Source: an uncultured Clostridia bacterium
GTDB lineage: Bacteria; Bacillota; Clostridia; Christensenellales; UBA1242
Length of the DNA stretch: 64,000 nt
Assembly: GCA_930990515.1 (NCBI GenBank)
Contig: CAKNPS010000001.1
Coordinates: 226,661 to 290,660, forward strand
Reading direction: 5' to 3'
Shown here: positions 29,471 to 40,486 of the stretch, in pieces
Layout: each line of letters starts with the position of its first letter
Position numbering within the stretch: the first letter of the stretch is position 1
The notes under the pieces: generated by a model
Database searches by the model: none
The model's input: the letters and a program-made list of their open reading frames with translations, nothing else
What the model was told of the DNA's origin: nothing
Position numbers and translations under genes: made by a program

Positions 29471-29534
29471 TAAACCTAATTATATGATACAGTAAAACTT
29501 ATGGTTTGTCACGATAGATATTTAGAATAGTAAT

Positions 29535-30581
29535 TTAATCTTCACTTGCTGCTTCGTCATCATCTGAAGCACTAGGCACGTCTTCTGGTTTTTGAGTGGT
29601 AATTTCTTTAATTTTTTCTTCAATTTCATTCATTAAAGCGGTATCTTTTTCAAGAGTTGCTTTTGTGTTTTCCTTACCTTGACCAATTTTCTCGTCATTA
29701 TATGAGAACCAAGCCCCAGATTTTTTAATAATGCCAAGTTCAAGAGCCATATCAACAATACAGCCAGATTTTGAAATTCCTTTGCCATACATAATGTCAA
29801 ATTCAGCAGTTTTGAAAGGTGGAGCAAGTTTGTTCTTAACAACTTTAACTCTCGTTTTGTTTCCAACAATGTTTGTGCCGTCTTTAATGACATCAACTTT
29901 TCTAACATCAAGACGAATGCTTGCATAGAACTTAAGAGCCTTACCACCAGTTGTTGTTTCTGGAGAACCGAACATAACTCCCACTTTTTCACGAAGTTGA
30001 TTGATGAAAATAACTGTTGTATTGCTCTTGCTTGTAATTGATGTAAGTTTTCTTAATGCTTGGCTCATCATTCTTGCTTGAAGTCCAACGTGATTATCTC
30101 CCATTTCCCCATCAATTTCAGCCTTTGGAGTGAGTGCCGCAACAGAGTCCACAACAATAACAGCAAAAGCCCCAGAGCGAACAAGAGTGTCGCAAATGTT
30201 GAGTGCTTGTTCCCCATTATCAGGTTGAGAAACATAAAGATCACTTGTGTTTACACCTAATTTCTCTGCATAAACTGGGTCAAGAGCGTGCTCCGCATCA
30301 ATAAAGGCACAAGTTCCGCCCAATTTTTGTGCTTCTGCAACAATATGAAGAGAAACAGTGGTTTTACCAGAAGATTCTGGTCCATAAATTTCCACAATTC
30401 TTCCGCGTGGCACACCGCCAATTCCAAGAGCGATATCAAGAGTTAAACAACCAGTTGGAATAACTTCAACTTTTTGATATGCTTGATTGCCAAGTTTCAT
30501 AATTGCACCCTTGCCAAATTGTTTTTCAATTTGAAGGAGTGCTTGATCTAATGATTCTTCTTTTGATTTTACTTTATCCAT
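29535..30581 (-). CDS. recA: Recombinase RecA
   Basis: [50 protein letters not shown]. Confidence 0.99.
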   Translation of the reverse strand: MDKVKSKEESLDQALLQIEKQFGKGAIMKLGNQAYQKVEVIPTGCLTLDIALGIGGVPRGRIVEIYGPESSGKTTVSLHIVAEAQKLGGTCAFIDAEHALDPVYAEKLGVNTSDLYVSQPDNGEQALNICDTLVRSGAFAVIVVDSVAALTPKAEIDGEMGDNHVGLQARMMSQALRKLTSITSKSNTTVIFINQLREKVGVMFGSPETTTGGKALKFYASIRLDVRKVDVIKDGTNIVGNKTRVKVVKNKLAPPFKTAEFDIMYGKGISKSGCIVDMALELGIIKKSGAWFSYNDEKIGQGKENTKATLEKDTALMNEIEEKIKEITTQKPEDVPSASDDDEAASED

Positions 30582-30734
30582 TTCCTACCCCTTAAATACA
30601 ATATTTTACATATTTATTATACTTTAAATCCACCTAAAACTCAAAGCGATTTTAAAATAAAACAAAAAATTTATATTGGCAATATGCCTTGATTTATTTA
30701 TTGCCTTATTATATAATAAAATCAAGAGGGTGTT

Positions 30735-31028
30735 ATGGATTTAAGTTTAAAAATCAAAAAAATAAATGAGTTCAATGAATATATTTTACAAGATAAAAAA
30801 TCTAAAAAAGAATATAATCTTGTTTTAGAGTTTTGTGGAATAAATAAACCAAATATCAACGATATCATTTTATTAAACGAAAATTTAGTTAATAAAAACT
30901 ACGAAGGTTATGCACAACCTTATGCTTTTGAAATTTTTGATAAAAAAGACATAGAAATAAATGAAATCGACATGGCAGGGCTTATCACAAAAGATAAAAA
31001 GTATATTTTAAAAAGGGTATATGGTTAA
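30735..31028 (+). CDS. Small hypothetical protein, coupled to the LRR gene
   Basis: GAGGG RBS; stop overlaps the start of the next ORF. Confidence 0.6.
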   Translation: MDLSLKIKKINEFNEYILQDKKSKKEYNLVLEFCGINKPNINDIILLNENLVNKNYEGYAQPYAFEIFDKKDIEINEIDMAGLITKDKKYILKRVYG

Positions 31029-33240
31029 TATGGAAAACACAGATTTAAAATGGATAAAAAAACACTATGGCGAAAAGTTCTCACATCTTTGCAGAGATCT
31101 TTTCCCAACTTTTCTTGAAATAGAAGGTTTGCTCCTTAAAGTAATAAGTGAACATTTTTTACCAAGTCGAGAGCTATACGACGATTTGGTAAATAATAAC
31201 CTAACTAATATGTTTAAAAATTATATTTATGGTTTAGTTGACATTGATCCAGCAACACCTATAGAAGTTAAATTATCTCCTGAAGAATTAATGGACAAAG
31301 CAGGATATATTCTTTATCCAGAATGTCAAACTGAAGAAGATATTCAAAAATTTAGACATTATTATAAACGCGGAGAAGCAACTCCCATTTATAGAGGTGG
31401 TCAACCAAAACACTGGGAAGGAGAAGAACTTTGTACATTTAATGGTGGAAGATTAAAATCATGTCGAGTTTGGTTCGCTGTTAAGAAAAATGTAGACGAA
31501 ATAAGACGAGAAGATTATAAAAATCCAAGAAGAGAAGATGATTATGGGGTAAGCGTGTTAAGCATTCAATTCACAAAAACTCACCCCGCCACTCTGTCTA
31601 TAAAAAATAGATATAATCATACTGTAAGTAACCCAGATGCAACATTTAGTAATGATTTAGATAATATAATTGTTGGCTTAACACAATCATTTATAAAAAA
31701 TTATAATATAGATCTTATAGAATCCTCTAATACAAAATTATCAATTCCTGGATATGTTCAAGCAAGTGATGGAATTTATTATAAATACAACCTTGAATTA
31801 GACAATGTTTACTGCTGTCCAAACAATGTGATAATTTATAATGGAGAAGCAAAACACTTTGATAAAGAAAAGTTTTTGGTTTTTGATAATTTTATTTTGG
31901 ATATCAAAAATAAAGAAATTTTAAAATATAACCATAAATTTAATAAAAATTCCGATTCTTTCATTGAAAGTATTGGTAAAATTGAAGAAATAAAGAGAGT
32001 TCCAACCAAAGAAGGATTAACTTTACAAATAACGCCAGCAGTCGGTGAAACTGTTGAAATTAAATTAAATAAACATAATGAAATTATTGAGTATACCAAC
32101 CCAAATGTGACTGAAATTGGAAATGGTTTTTTACGATTAAGTGAAAAAATAGAAAAAATAAATTTACCTAATGTTACTAAAATCGGACATAATTTTTTGC
32201 ATTTTAATAATTCATTAACTCAAATTAATCTCCCTAATGTTCAACAAATTGGGTCAAATTTCTTAAATAATAACAATGTAATAACTGAAATAAATCTCCC
32301 TAATGTTCAACAAATTTCTGATAGCTTTTTATCAAATAATAACTCATTAAAAAAATTAAATCTACCTAAAGTAAAAAATATAGGAAACTTTTTCATTAGC
32401 AACAATAATGTTTTAACAGAAATAAATTTGCCTGTAATTCAAAATATTGGTGACTATTTTTTAAGAAATAATCAAAGTTTAAAAACCATTATCTTACCTA
32501 TGATTGAAAAAATTGGCAATAGTTTTTTGGAATCAAATTATGGTTTAGTCGAAATTAAACTTCCAATGATTCAAAAAATAGGAGACGATTTTTTAGCAAA
32601 CAATACTGAATTAAACGAAATAAATATGCCATATCTTCTTCAAGTTGGCGACAATTTTCTAAGTAACTGTTTTAATTTAAAACAAATTGATTTACCAAAC
32701 ATTCTTCAAATTGGCAACAATTTTTTACAAAATAACTTAACTTTAGAACAAATAAATTTGCCTTATGTTCTAGAAATTGGTAATAATTTTTTATTAAAAA
32801 ATCAAATTCTCCATCAAATTAATTTGCCTAATGTGGAAAAAATTGGAAATGCTTGTCTATTTGAAAATTTGTCATTAACAAATATTAATTTTCCAGAAGT
32901 TCAACAAATTGGAGATAACTTCATACCCAATAACAATAGTATTTCTCAAATAAATTTACCTAAAGTCAAGAATATAGGAAATTATTTCTTATATGTAAAC
33001 GAATCATTAAAATCTTTAGATTTACCAGAGATTGAAAAGATAGGAGATTATTTCTTATATGTAAACGAATCATTAAAAATTTTAAATCTCCCTAAAATTC
33101 AGAAAGTAGGTCAAGAATTTTTAGGAAGCAACTTTTCCTTAATAGAAGTCAATCTTTCACAAAAATTAAAAACATTAGAACAAAAATTATTAGCAGATTC
33201 AACAGCAAATCAACAAAATTCTTCAAATAAAGAAAAATAA
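31021..33240 (+). CDS. Leucine-rich-repeat protein (22-aa BspA-like repeats) with unknown N-terminal domain
   Basis: About 16 repeats of LPNVxxIGxxFLxxNxxLxxIN in the C-terminal half; no signal peptide. Confidence 0.85.
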   Translation: MVNMENTDLKWIKKHYGEKFSHLCRDLFPTFLEIEGLLLKVISEHFLPSRELYDDLVNNNLTNMFKNYIYGLVDIDPATPIEVKLSPEELMDKAGYILYPECQTEEDIQKFRHYYKRGEATPIYRGGQPKHWEGEELCTFNGGRLKSCRVWFAVKKNVDEIRREDYKNPRREDDYGVSVLSIQFTKTHPATLSIKNRYNHTVSNPDATFSNDLDNIIVGLTQSFIKNYNIDLIESSNTKLSIPGYVQASDGIYYKYNLELDNVYCCPNNVIIYNGEAKHFDKEKFLVFDNFILDIKNKEILKYNHKFNKNSDSFIESIGKIEEIKRVPTKEGLTLQITPAVGETVEIKLNKHNEIIEYTNPNVTEIGNGFLRLSEKIEKINLPNVTKIGHNFLHFNNSLTQINLPNVQQIGSNFLNNNNVITEINLPNVQQISDSFLSNNNSLKKLNLPKVKNIGNFFISNNNVLTEINLPVIQNIGDYFLRNNQSLKTIILPMIEKIGNSFLESNYGLVEIKLPMIQKIGDDFLANNTELNEINMPYLLQVGDNFLSNCFNLKQIDLPNILQIGNNFLQNNLTLEQINLPYVLEIGNNFLLKNQILHQINLPNVEKIGNACLFENLSLTNINFPEVQQIGDNFIPNNNSISQINLPKVKNIGNYFLYVNESLKSLDLPEIEKIGDYFLYVNESLKILNLPKIQKVGQEFLGSNFSLIEVNLSQKLKTLEQKLLADSTANQQNSSNKEK

Positions 33241-33268
33241 ATAGTTTGAATAAATTATTCAGTCTAAG

Positions 33269-33304
33269 AAAAAAATAGTGGTAATAACCATACCACTATT
33301 TTTT
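33269..33304. terminator. Bidirectional intrinsic terminator
   Basis: AAAAAATAGTGGTA...TACCACTATTTTTT between the convergent LRR gene and pgsA. Confidence 0.7.
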
Positions 33305-33316
33305 AATTTATTAAAC

Positions 33317-34096
33317 TTACTCTGCTTTTTTCTTTGCTTTATTTTCTTTTGTGTCTTTCTTGTTTTCTTCAACATCTACAACATTTTCTTCAAGATTTTC
33401 TTTTGCATTTTTAACTACAACTTCTTCACTAATTTCAGTTTCTTTTTTATTTAATTTTTCTTTGTCTTTATCGTCATCTTTAAACACTGCTTTATTTTTA
33501 ATAATATAATTGCAACCAGAAACAATTGTCAAAATGACAGTGATAGCAAGAAGAATATAGCCAATAAGAGCAATTACAGTGTTTGGCACACCTTGAATGG
33601 AAGAATAGAACTCTTCAACAAGAAAAGCGTATAACATATAGTAAATGATTGTGATAAATTGGAATACAGCCTTCACTTTACCATACATATCAGCAGCAAG
33701 AACAACTCCCTTTGCAGCGGCTTGTGCTCGAAGTGCTGTAACCATAAGTTCGCGAACCAAAATTATGATAACAGCCACAATTCCAATATATGTTGGCATC
33801 AAAATTGGTTCTGCAAGATTTGCACTTCCTGCAGCAGAAACAGGATATGCGGCAATAAGCAAAAATCCTGCCATAACAAGAAGTTTGTCGGCCAATGGAT
33901 CTAAGAACTTACCTAAAGTGGTCACTAAATTTCTTTTTCTTGCAATATTTCCATCAAGAAAATCTGTAAAACTTGCAATCATAAAAATTATCATTGCAAC
34001 AAGTTTGCCGTAAGGAATAAAATCGGCAAGATAGAAAAATACAAAAATTGGTATAAGCAAAAGTCTTACAAGTGTGATTCTATTTGGTAAATTCAT
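33317..34096 (-). CDS. pgsA: CDP-diacylglycerol--glycerol-3-phosphate 3-phosphatidyltransferase
   Basis: MNLPNRIT, TDFLDGNIARK...GKFLDPLADK; rimO-pgsA synteny. Confidence 0.93.
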   Translation of the reverse strand: MNLPNRITLVRLLLIPIFVFFYLADFIPYGKLVAMIIFMIASFTDFLDGNIARKRNLVTTLGKFLDPLADKLLVMAGFLLIAAYPVSAAGSANLAEPILMPTYIGIVAVIIILVRELMVTALRAQAAAKGVVLAADMYGKVKAVFQFITIIYYMLYAFLVEEFYSSIQGVPNTVIALIGYILLAITVILTIVSGCNYIIKNKAVFKDDDKDKEKLNKKETEISEEVVVKNAKENLEENVVDVEENKKDTKENKAKKKAE

Positions 34097-35408
34097 AACA
34101 CTCTCCTTTGAAGTTTTCTCCGTCAAATGAATTGAACTTCACATTGACAAAGTTTCCAACTTCCACTCTCTCATTATAATTAATTTCCACACCAAAGTCA
34201 ACTCTTGGAGAGAAAAATTCAGTGTGACCCATAAAAAATCCTGTCGAAGAATCAAAACTGTCCACTAAAACCCTAAAATTTTGTCCTAAAAGCCCCTTTG
34301 ATTTTTCAAAAACAATTTCGTGTTGAAGTTTTTGCACCTTTTTAAATCTTCGTTTTTTCGTGAGTTCACTCACTTGCTTATCCATATAGTAACTTGCTGT
34401 GTTCTCTTCACGAAAATATGGAAAGAAACCTGCAAGATCAAATTTTGTTTCCTTCAAAAAGTCGCAAAGTTTCTTAAAATCTGCCTTTGTTTCTCCTGGA
34501 TACCCAACAATAAAGGTGGAACGAAGAGCAATTTTAGGATAATCAGTCTTTATGAGAGAAATAAGTTCTCTTGTTTCTTTTTCTCCAAGTTTACGACGCA
34601 TACTTGTTAAAATCTTATTATCAATATGTTGAAGTGGAATATCTAAATAATTGCAAATTTTAGGTTCATTATAGATATAATCTAAAAATTCCTTATTAAT
34701 CTTCTCAGGATATATGTAATGAAGCCTTATCCACTCAATACCTTTAATTTTTGTTAATTTTTTAAGAAGTGGAATAAGACTATTTTCGCCATATAAATCT
34801 TCACCATATCTTGAAACATCTTGAGCCACAAGAATCAGTTCTTTAACACCTTTTTCGGCAATATCTTTTGCCTCACTAATTAAATCTTCCATTGGAGCAC
34901 TTCTGAAGCCACCTTTAATTCTTGGAATGGTGCAAAATGAACAACCATTACTGCACCCTTCCGCAATTTTAAGATAAGCATAAGATGAGTTATTAGTTAA
35001 AATTCTTCCCAAAGTTTTTTTCTTTTTGGAAATTGGCAAGTTATAGAGATTTTCAAGAATATCGCAAATTTTTTCATCATCTTCCAAAGTTAAAAAGGCA
35101 TCAACTTCTTTAATTTCTTCTTTTAACTCTTTCATATAGCGTTGTGGCAAACAACCCGAAACAACAACTTTTTCCACCTTTCCCTGTTCTTTAAGTAAAA
35201 GTGTTTGGAAAATGTTGTCAATTGCTTCTTTTCTTGATGGTTCAATAAAGGCGCAAGTATTAATAATGACTATATCTGCATCATTCACATCTGGCACAAT
35301 GGAAAATCCATAATCGGATAGTCTAAAAAGCATTTTTTCAAGGTCAACACGATTTTTATCACAACCAAGTGAAATCGCAGAAACTTTCTTCCCCTTTAAT
35401 TCGTTCAT
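34080..35408 (-). CDS. rimO: Ribosomal protein S12 methylthiotransferase RimO
   Basis: SLGCDKNRVD, NTCAFI, YLKIAEGCSNGCSFCTIP, WIRLHYIYP, LDIPLQH; C-terminal TRAM-like region present. Confidence 0.93.
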   Translation of the reverse strand: MNELKGKKVSAISLGCDKNRVDLEKMLFRLSDYGFSIVPDVNDADIVIINTCAFIEPSRKEAIDNIFQTLLLKEQGKVEKVVVSGCLPQRYMKELKEEIKEVDAFLTLEDDEKICDILENLYNLPISKKKKTLGRILTNNSSYAYLKIAEGCSNGCSFCTIPRIKGGFRSAPMEDLISEAKDIAEKGVKELILVAQDVSRYGEDLYGENSLIPLLKKLTKIKGIEWIRLHYIYPEKINKEFLDYIYNEPKICNYLDIPLQHIDNKILTSMRRKLGEKETRELISLIKTDYPKIALRSTFIVGYPGETKADFKKLCDFLKETKFDLAGFFPYFREENTASYYMDKQVSELTKKRRFKKVQKLQHEIVFEKSKGLLGQNFRVLVDSFDSSTGFFMGHTEFFSPRVDFGVEINYNERVEVGNFVNVKFNSFDGENFKGECYEFTK

Positions 35409-35517
35409 ATATCACCTTTAATCTACATTTTATATATTTACACAAAATTGGATTTTCAATTTCATATTTAAGACACAAGATAAAACTTATATATTACAAA
35501 TTTAGAAACTGAAATCA

Positions 35518-38352
35518 TTAATCATATTGGTCACCATAAATTTCTCTAAATTCGTCCATAGTGACATAAACTTGCCTACCTTTTGGTCCATCACTTTGAG
35601 AGATGTAACCAAGTTCTTCCATTTGGTCAATAATTCTTGAAGCCCTTGGAAAACCAATCGCAAAACGGCGTCTGAGCATTGTGGTTGAAGCCTGCCCACA
35701 CTCAATAACAGTTTTAAGTGCAAGTGGAAAAAGTTCGTCAAGTTCGTTATTAACTTTAATACCATTCGGTCCAGAATTTTTATTTGGATTATCAATTTGT
35801 TCTTCCACTTTCTTGTCAAAAATTGGCTTGTTATTTTCTCTAACAAAATCAACAATATTGTTTGTTTCGTTTGTTGTGATGAAGCAACCTTGCACACGCT
35901 TAGGGTCTTGCGAGCCAATAGGATAATAGAGCATATCCCCTTTACCTAACAATTTTTCAGCACCAACTCTATCCAAAATGATAGAACTGTCAATACCGCT
36001 AGTGACTGCAAAAGCAATACGAGAAGGAATGTTTGATTTGATAAGACCAGTGATAACATCGGCAGAAGGTCTTTGAGTGGCAAGAATAAGGTGGATACCT
36101 GCCGCACGAGATTTTTGTGCAAGACGAATAATTTTTTCTTCCACTTCTTTCTTTCCTGTCATCATAAGGTCAGCAAGTTCGTCAACAATGATAACAATAA
36201 ACGGCATTTTCTTAACTTTACCAGATTTTACATCTTCAGTTGCATTGTATTCATCAATATTTTTAACTCTTGCAAGCCCTAATAATTCAAAACGATGTTC
36301 CATTTCTGTTATCGCCCAATTTAATGTGTTAATAGCCTTTTGAGTGTCACAAATAACATTTGGCATAATTAAATGTGGAAGTCCGTTATATGAAGTAAAT
36401 TCCACACGTTTTGGGTCAACCAAAACAATTCTCACATCTTCTGGAGAAGACTTATAGATAATACTCAAAATGATGGAGTTCAAGCAAACCGATTTTCCAG
36501 AACCAGTTGAACCAGCAACAAGTAAGTGTGTGAGTTTTTGCATATTTGCCACAATCACACTGCCCGCAATATCTTTACCAAGAGCAAAAGTAAGTGGAGA
36601 TGAACTTTCTCTAAATTCGCGACTTTCCAAAATATCTCTTAAACTTACTGTCGCGATTGTCTTATTAGGAACTTCCACCCCAACAACGCTACGCCCTGGA
36701 ACTGGTGCTTCAATTCTGACAGAACCTTCTGTTGCAAGTGATAGAGCGATATCGTCTGAACGGTTTTTAATTTTTGTGACAGGAACACCTGCAGGCATTT
36801 CAAGTTCATATCGAGTAACAGCAGGTCCAACAACCACGCTCCTAACCTTTGCAGGAATACCAAAATTTTCAAGTGTGTTTTCAAGAAGAACTCTTTTTTC
36901 TGCAACATCATCGCTTAAAGTGGAAAGGTCAACTGATTTTGTTGTGATAAAATCAAGGGAAGGTTTTTCATAGATATATGGTTCATTATCTTCTTCCTCT
37001 TCTTCTGGTTCAGGTGTTTCTTGTTGTCTTGTAGGGAAAGGACGAGAAGCACTTCTATCAGGAAACTCTGGAGCAAAATTGTTATCTCTTCTTGTGAAAT
37101 TGTCATTTCTTCTGTCAAAACTATCTCGGCGATTAAAATCTCCAGTAGGCTCAACAGCATTTTCATATTCTTCTGGATTTTCCGCTTTTTCTTCCATTAC
37201 GGCAGAGCGAATAATATCATCAGCCTGAGAAATTATGTCATTGTCATCATCGTCTTGTTCGTCTTGGTCAAAATTATCATTATAGGAAACATCTTCAACT
37301 TCATTCTCCATGTTTTCATCAGAAGTATCACGAACAAAAGGATTGTTGACATTTTTAAACTCGTCATCATCAATCTTAATTTGACTGGAATAGCCATCAA
37401 AATTGGTTTGCACTTGGAAAGTTGGAGTGGTTTCCAAATCCATTTTTTCTTGCTTTAAGACTTCCACATTTTTGTTTACTTCTTCTTTCTTTGGTGGCTC
37501 ATTTTTAGACATTTCCTTGAAATATTCTTCATAGTTAATTTCTGGTGGTGTCAAAATAAGTTCCCTTAAAGATTTAGGTGGAAGCTTTTGTTCCTTTTTA
37601 ACTTCTTCTTTTTGAGCAAACTCATAAGCAACATTTCGTTTTTTATCAAGCCCCAAAATCTCTCTTGCAGTTAATGCCCTTTTTTCTTCCTTCTTTTCTT
37701 CTTCCAAATTGCCATTTAAAACAACATTAACTTCTTCTTTTTCTTTCAAAGGTTGAGGCTCAGTCAAAACTTTGTTTTCCCTTTTGCTTGAAAGTGGATT
37801 TACAACTTTCTTTTCACTCTTAAGTTCAAGGTTTTTACTCTTTTTCTCCACTCTCCTAAACACATTTAAACTATCTAAAAATAGTGCAAGGCACAAAAGG
37901 AATGCCAAAACCAAAATTATATATGCCCCAGCAAGTTTAGCAAGATATAAAAGCGATGTTGTGACAAGCCCACAAATAATTCCCCCAGCAGTCCATTTTT
38001 GAGTGTAGTTTAAAGCAAGATATTGACCAAAACTTAAATCGCTACTATTTCCCACGATGATAAGTTGAATAATGCAAAGTGCGAAAAAGACCATAAAACA
38101 CATACTCAAAAGATATCGCATACTCATCACATATCTTCGATTGTTGACGAGTGCAAGTCCAACAATAAACAAAATTAGAAAGAGTGCATATGCAAAAACA
38201 CCAAAAGTTCCAAGAAGAAAATTAAAAATTGGGCTCCAAATTCCCGTCAAAAAAAGATAGGCAACAGAAGACACTCCAATGAGAGTGAAGCCCACAATTT
38301 TTTTAACATTTTTTCCACCTTTCTTTTTGGAATTGAGTTTATAAATTGCCAT
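35518..38352 (-). CDS. ftsK: DNA translocase FtsK/SpoIIIE
   Basis: N-terminal TM helices, acidic linker, HLLVAGSTGSGKS, VDELADLMM, ATQRPS, gamma domain LRRRFAIGFPRASRIID. Confidence 0.95.
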   Translation of the reverse strand: MAIYKLNSKKKGGKNVKKIVGFTLIGVSSVAYLFLTGIWSPIFNFLLGTFGVFAYALFLILFIVGLALVNNRRYVMSMRYLLSMCFMVFFALCIIQLIIVGNSSDLSFGQYLALNYTQKWTAGGIICGLVTTSLLYLAKLAGAYIILVLAFLLCLALFLDSLNVFRRVEKKSKNLELKSEKKVVNPLSSKRENKVLTEPQPLKEKEEVNVVLNGNLEEEKKEEKRALTAREILGLDKKRNVAYEFAQKEEVKKEQKLPPKSLRELILTPPEINYEEYFKEMSKNEPPKKEEVNKNVEVLKQEKMDLETTPTFQVQTNFDGYSSQIKIDDDEFKNVNNPFVRDTSDENMENEVEDVSYNDNFDQDEQDDDDNDIISQADDIIRSAVMEEKAENPEEYENAVEPTGDFNRRDSFDRRNDNFTRRDNNFAPEFPDRSASRPFPTRQQETPEPEEEEEDNEPYIYEKPSLDFITTKSVDLSTLSDDVAEKRVLLENTLENFGIPAKVRSVVVGPAVTRYELEMPAGVPVTKIKNRSDDIALSLATEGSVRIEAPVPGRSVVGVEVPNKTIATVSLRDILESREFRESSSPLTFALGKDIAGSVIVANMQKLTHLLVAGSTGSGKSVCLNSIILSIIYKSSPEDVRIVLVDPKRVEFTSYNGLPHLIMPNVICDTQKAINTLNWAITEMEHRFELLGLARVKNIDEYNATEDVKSGKVKKMPFIVIIVDELADLMMTGKKEVEEKIIRLAQKSRAAGIHLILATQRPSADVITGLIKSNIPSRIAFAVTSGIDSSIILDRVGAEKLLGKGDMLYYPIGSQDPKRVQGCFITTNETNNIVDFVRENNKPIFDKKVEEQIDNPNKNSGPNGIKVNNELDELFPLALKTVIECGQASTTMLRRRFAIGFPRASRIIDQMEELGYISQSDGPKGRQVYVTMDEFREIYGDQYD

Positions 38353-38629
38353 ATATATTCCCCTAATTAGAAATATTATATCACTAAAGCACTGCTTTTC
38401 AAAATTTTTTCGACTATAATTTTAAAAATATTTGTCGCAATTTTCAAAAACTTTTTCTAAGAAAATACTATTAAAAATTAAATTTTTTACCAAAAATCAT
38501 AAAAATTAACATAAAAATCGCATTTTTTGCAAAATTTTTGCAATTTTTTTGCGTTTTTTATATATTTTCATATATATTAAATTTTCACAAAAATTTTTGA
38601 TTTATAAACTTTAAAAAAATTGCCTATTC

Positions 38630-39352
38630 TTACTCACTTAAAGTATCGCTTACAGTGGTAACTTTTAAACCTTTTTCTTGCAGTGTTATAATAATATTCT
38701 CTAAGGCTTCAAGAGTTTTTTCAGTTGGGTGCATAAGAACCAAATCTCCACCCTTTGCATCTTTTACCGCTCTTGAATATATTAAATCGGCATCTTTATC
38801 TCTCCAATCAATTGTATCTCGTGTCCACATAATTGTTTGATAGCCAAGGCTTGATGCAACTTCAACTGTCGTTTTTGAATATGCCCCACTTGGCGGAGCA
38901 AATAAGTTCATATCAATGTTTAATAAGTCTTTGACAATGTTATGTGTGGTTAAAATTTCTTTTTGATTTTGTTCCCTGTTTAACTTGTCTTGATCTTTAT
39001 GAGTGTAGCCGTGATTTCCAATTTCGTGCCCTTTTTCATAAATTTTTTCTAACATATCACTTTCTTTAACAGCCCAAGTCCCACCAACAAAAAATGTGGT
39101 TTTGACATCATATTTGTCCAAAATTTCCAATATTCCATCTAAATATTCCGTTCCCCAATAAACATTTATCATTAAGGAAATTCTATTACTTTCTTCATTC
39201 CCACTATAATAAACACCATTTATAACATTTGAAGTTGTCACAATATTAACTCCTAAAACTGCACAACTTGCAACAATAAAAAGCATCAAAATGATAACCA
39301 CATTCACAAAATGATTTCTTAAATTGATTGACAAAAACGGAAATTTTTTCAT
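38630..39352 (-). CDS. Polysaccharide deacetylase family protein (sporulation YlxY-like)
   Basis: NVYWG, TFFVGG, HEIGNHGYTH, FAPPSG, DTIDW, LMHP. Confidence 0.85.
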   Translation of the reverse strand: MKKFPFLSINLRNHFVNVVIILMLFIVASCAVLGVNIVTTSNVINGVYYSGNEESNRISLMINVYWGTEYLDGILEILDKYDVKTTFFVGGTWAVKESDMLEKIYEKGHEIGNHGYTHKDQDKLNREQNQKEILTTHNIVKDLLNIDMNLFAPPSGAYSKTTVEVASSLGYQTIMWTRDTIDWRDKDADLIYSRAVKDAKGGDLVLMHPTEKTLEALENIIITLQEKGLKVTTVSDTLSE

Positions 39353-39452
39353 ATTAAACTATATGAAAATTTAATTACAAAAATAACCTTTCTTTATATA
39401 TTATGTAAAAAAACAGCACTTAAATTTATGCTGTTTTTAATTTTAAATAAAA

Positions 39453-40373
39453 TTATTCTTCTTCGTCATTATCATCATATTCATCTTCAGAAATATCTTG
39501 ATAATTTTCATTTTCTTCGAAATTTTCATTAAAATCATCAAAATTTTCCATTTTTTCTGTATTTTTTGAAGAATTTTCTGCTAAAAAGTCGTAATAATCA
39601 TAAATTATATTGTTTAAATCGTCAACTAGATAGCGAACATTTTTATATTTATGAGAAACATAATTTATTCCAATTATAAGCCCATTGATAATCATAAGAT
39701 TTTTGCTGTCACACGCAGTAATTATTGCATTTAAGATAAATTCAAAATCTTCTAAATTATCTTTCTTCTTTTTCTCAAATTTAAGTCTTGAAAGAATTTC
39801 TCTTGCTGTCTTTTTAACTTCAATCATAAGGCTGTCAATTTCTGGAAATTGCTCTTCAAATTCTTCAATCTCTTCCTTTGCCTTTTCTTCTTGTCTTCTT
39901 TCTGCCTGTAGTCTCTTATGCTCTTCAATTTCTTCTTTTGTGACATCTTCTTTAATCCCAAAGTTTTTGCAAATTATATCTCTAAAAGGTTTAATTATCT
40001 TTTCCAAAAAGTTTTGGGTTGGAGCGAGTCTTCCATCTTTAAAATAAGTCTCCAAAAAGCGAGTGGAATTTATTTTTCCACTTTGAATATCATTAAAAAT
40101 GGTAACTGTGAGAGCCACTCTTTCCTTTTCATTTTGTGGCAATAAAACTTTTCCGTTTTTTGTTTTAGGGTCAAGTGAAAAAGCACTTTCAAAACCCTTT
40201 TCTTCATCATAATCAGTAATGGCATCTGCTAAGAATGTCAAAATGTCATCACTTTTTGTGATTGCGTTCATTACGCTTGCAAGTTTCCTATCTATGTCCA
40301 AAAACTTTCCGCTGAGCATATCATTACAACTAAGCACAAAGTTTTCAACTGCAACTCTATCAAATTCTTCCAT
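39453..40373 (-). CDS. Hypothetical protein with acidic C-terminus
   Basis: 306-aa ORF with GGGGG RBS. Confidence 0.75.
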   Translation of the reverse strand: MEEFDRVAVENFVLSCNDMLSGKFLDIDRKLASVMNAITKSDDILTFLADAITDYDEEKGFESAFSLDPKTKNGKVLLPQNEKERVALTVTIFNDIQSGKINSTRFLETYFKDGRLAPTQNFLEKIIKPFRDIICKNFGIKEDVTKEEIEEHKRLQAERRQEEKAKEEIEEFEEQFPEIDSLMIEVKKTAREILSRLKFEKKKKDNLEDFEFILNAIITACDSKNLMIINGLIIGINYVSHKYKNVRYLVDDLNNIIYDYYDFLAENSSKNTEKMENFDDFNENFEENENYQDISEDEYDDNDEEE

Positions 40374-40486
40374 AAGTGTCCCCCTAACACACTATATCTT
40401 ATCACAAAAAGAAAAAAAATCAAATTAAAATACAAAGATAATTGATTTTTTATTTTATTCGTGATAAAATTCATTTGAGGAAAAAA

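Noticed and set aside
30582-30734. LexA (GAAC-N4-GTTC) box upstream of recA
   Set aside because: No such motif is present in the intergenic region. Its absence alone says little.
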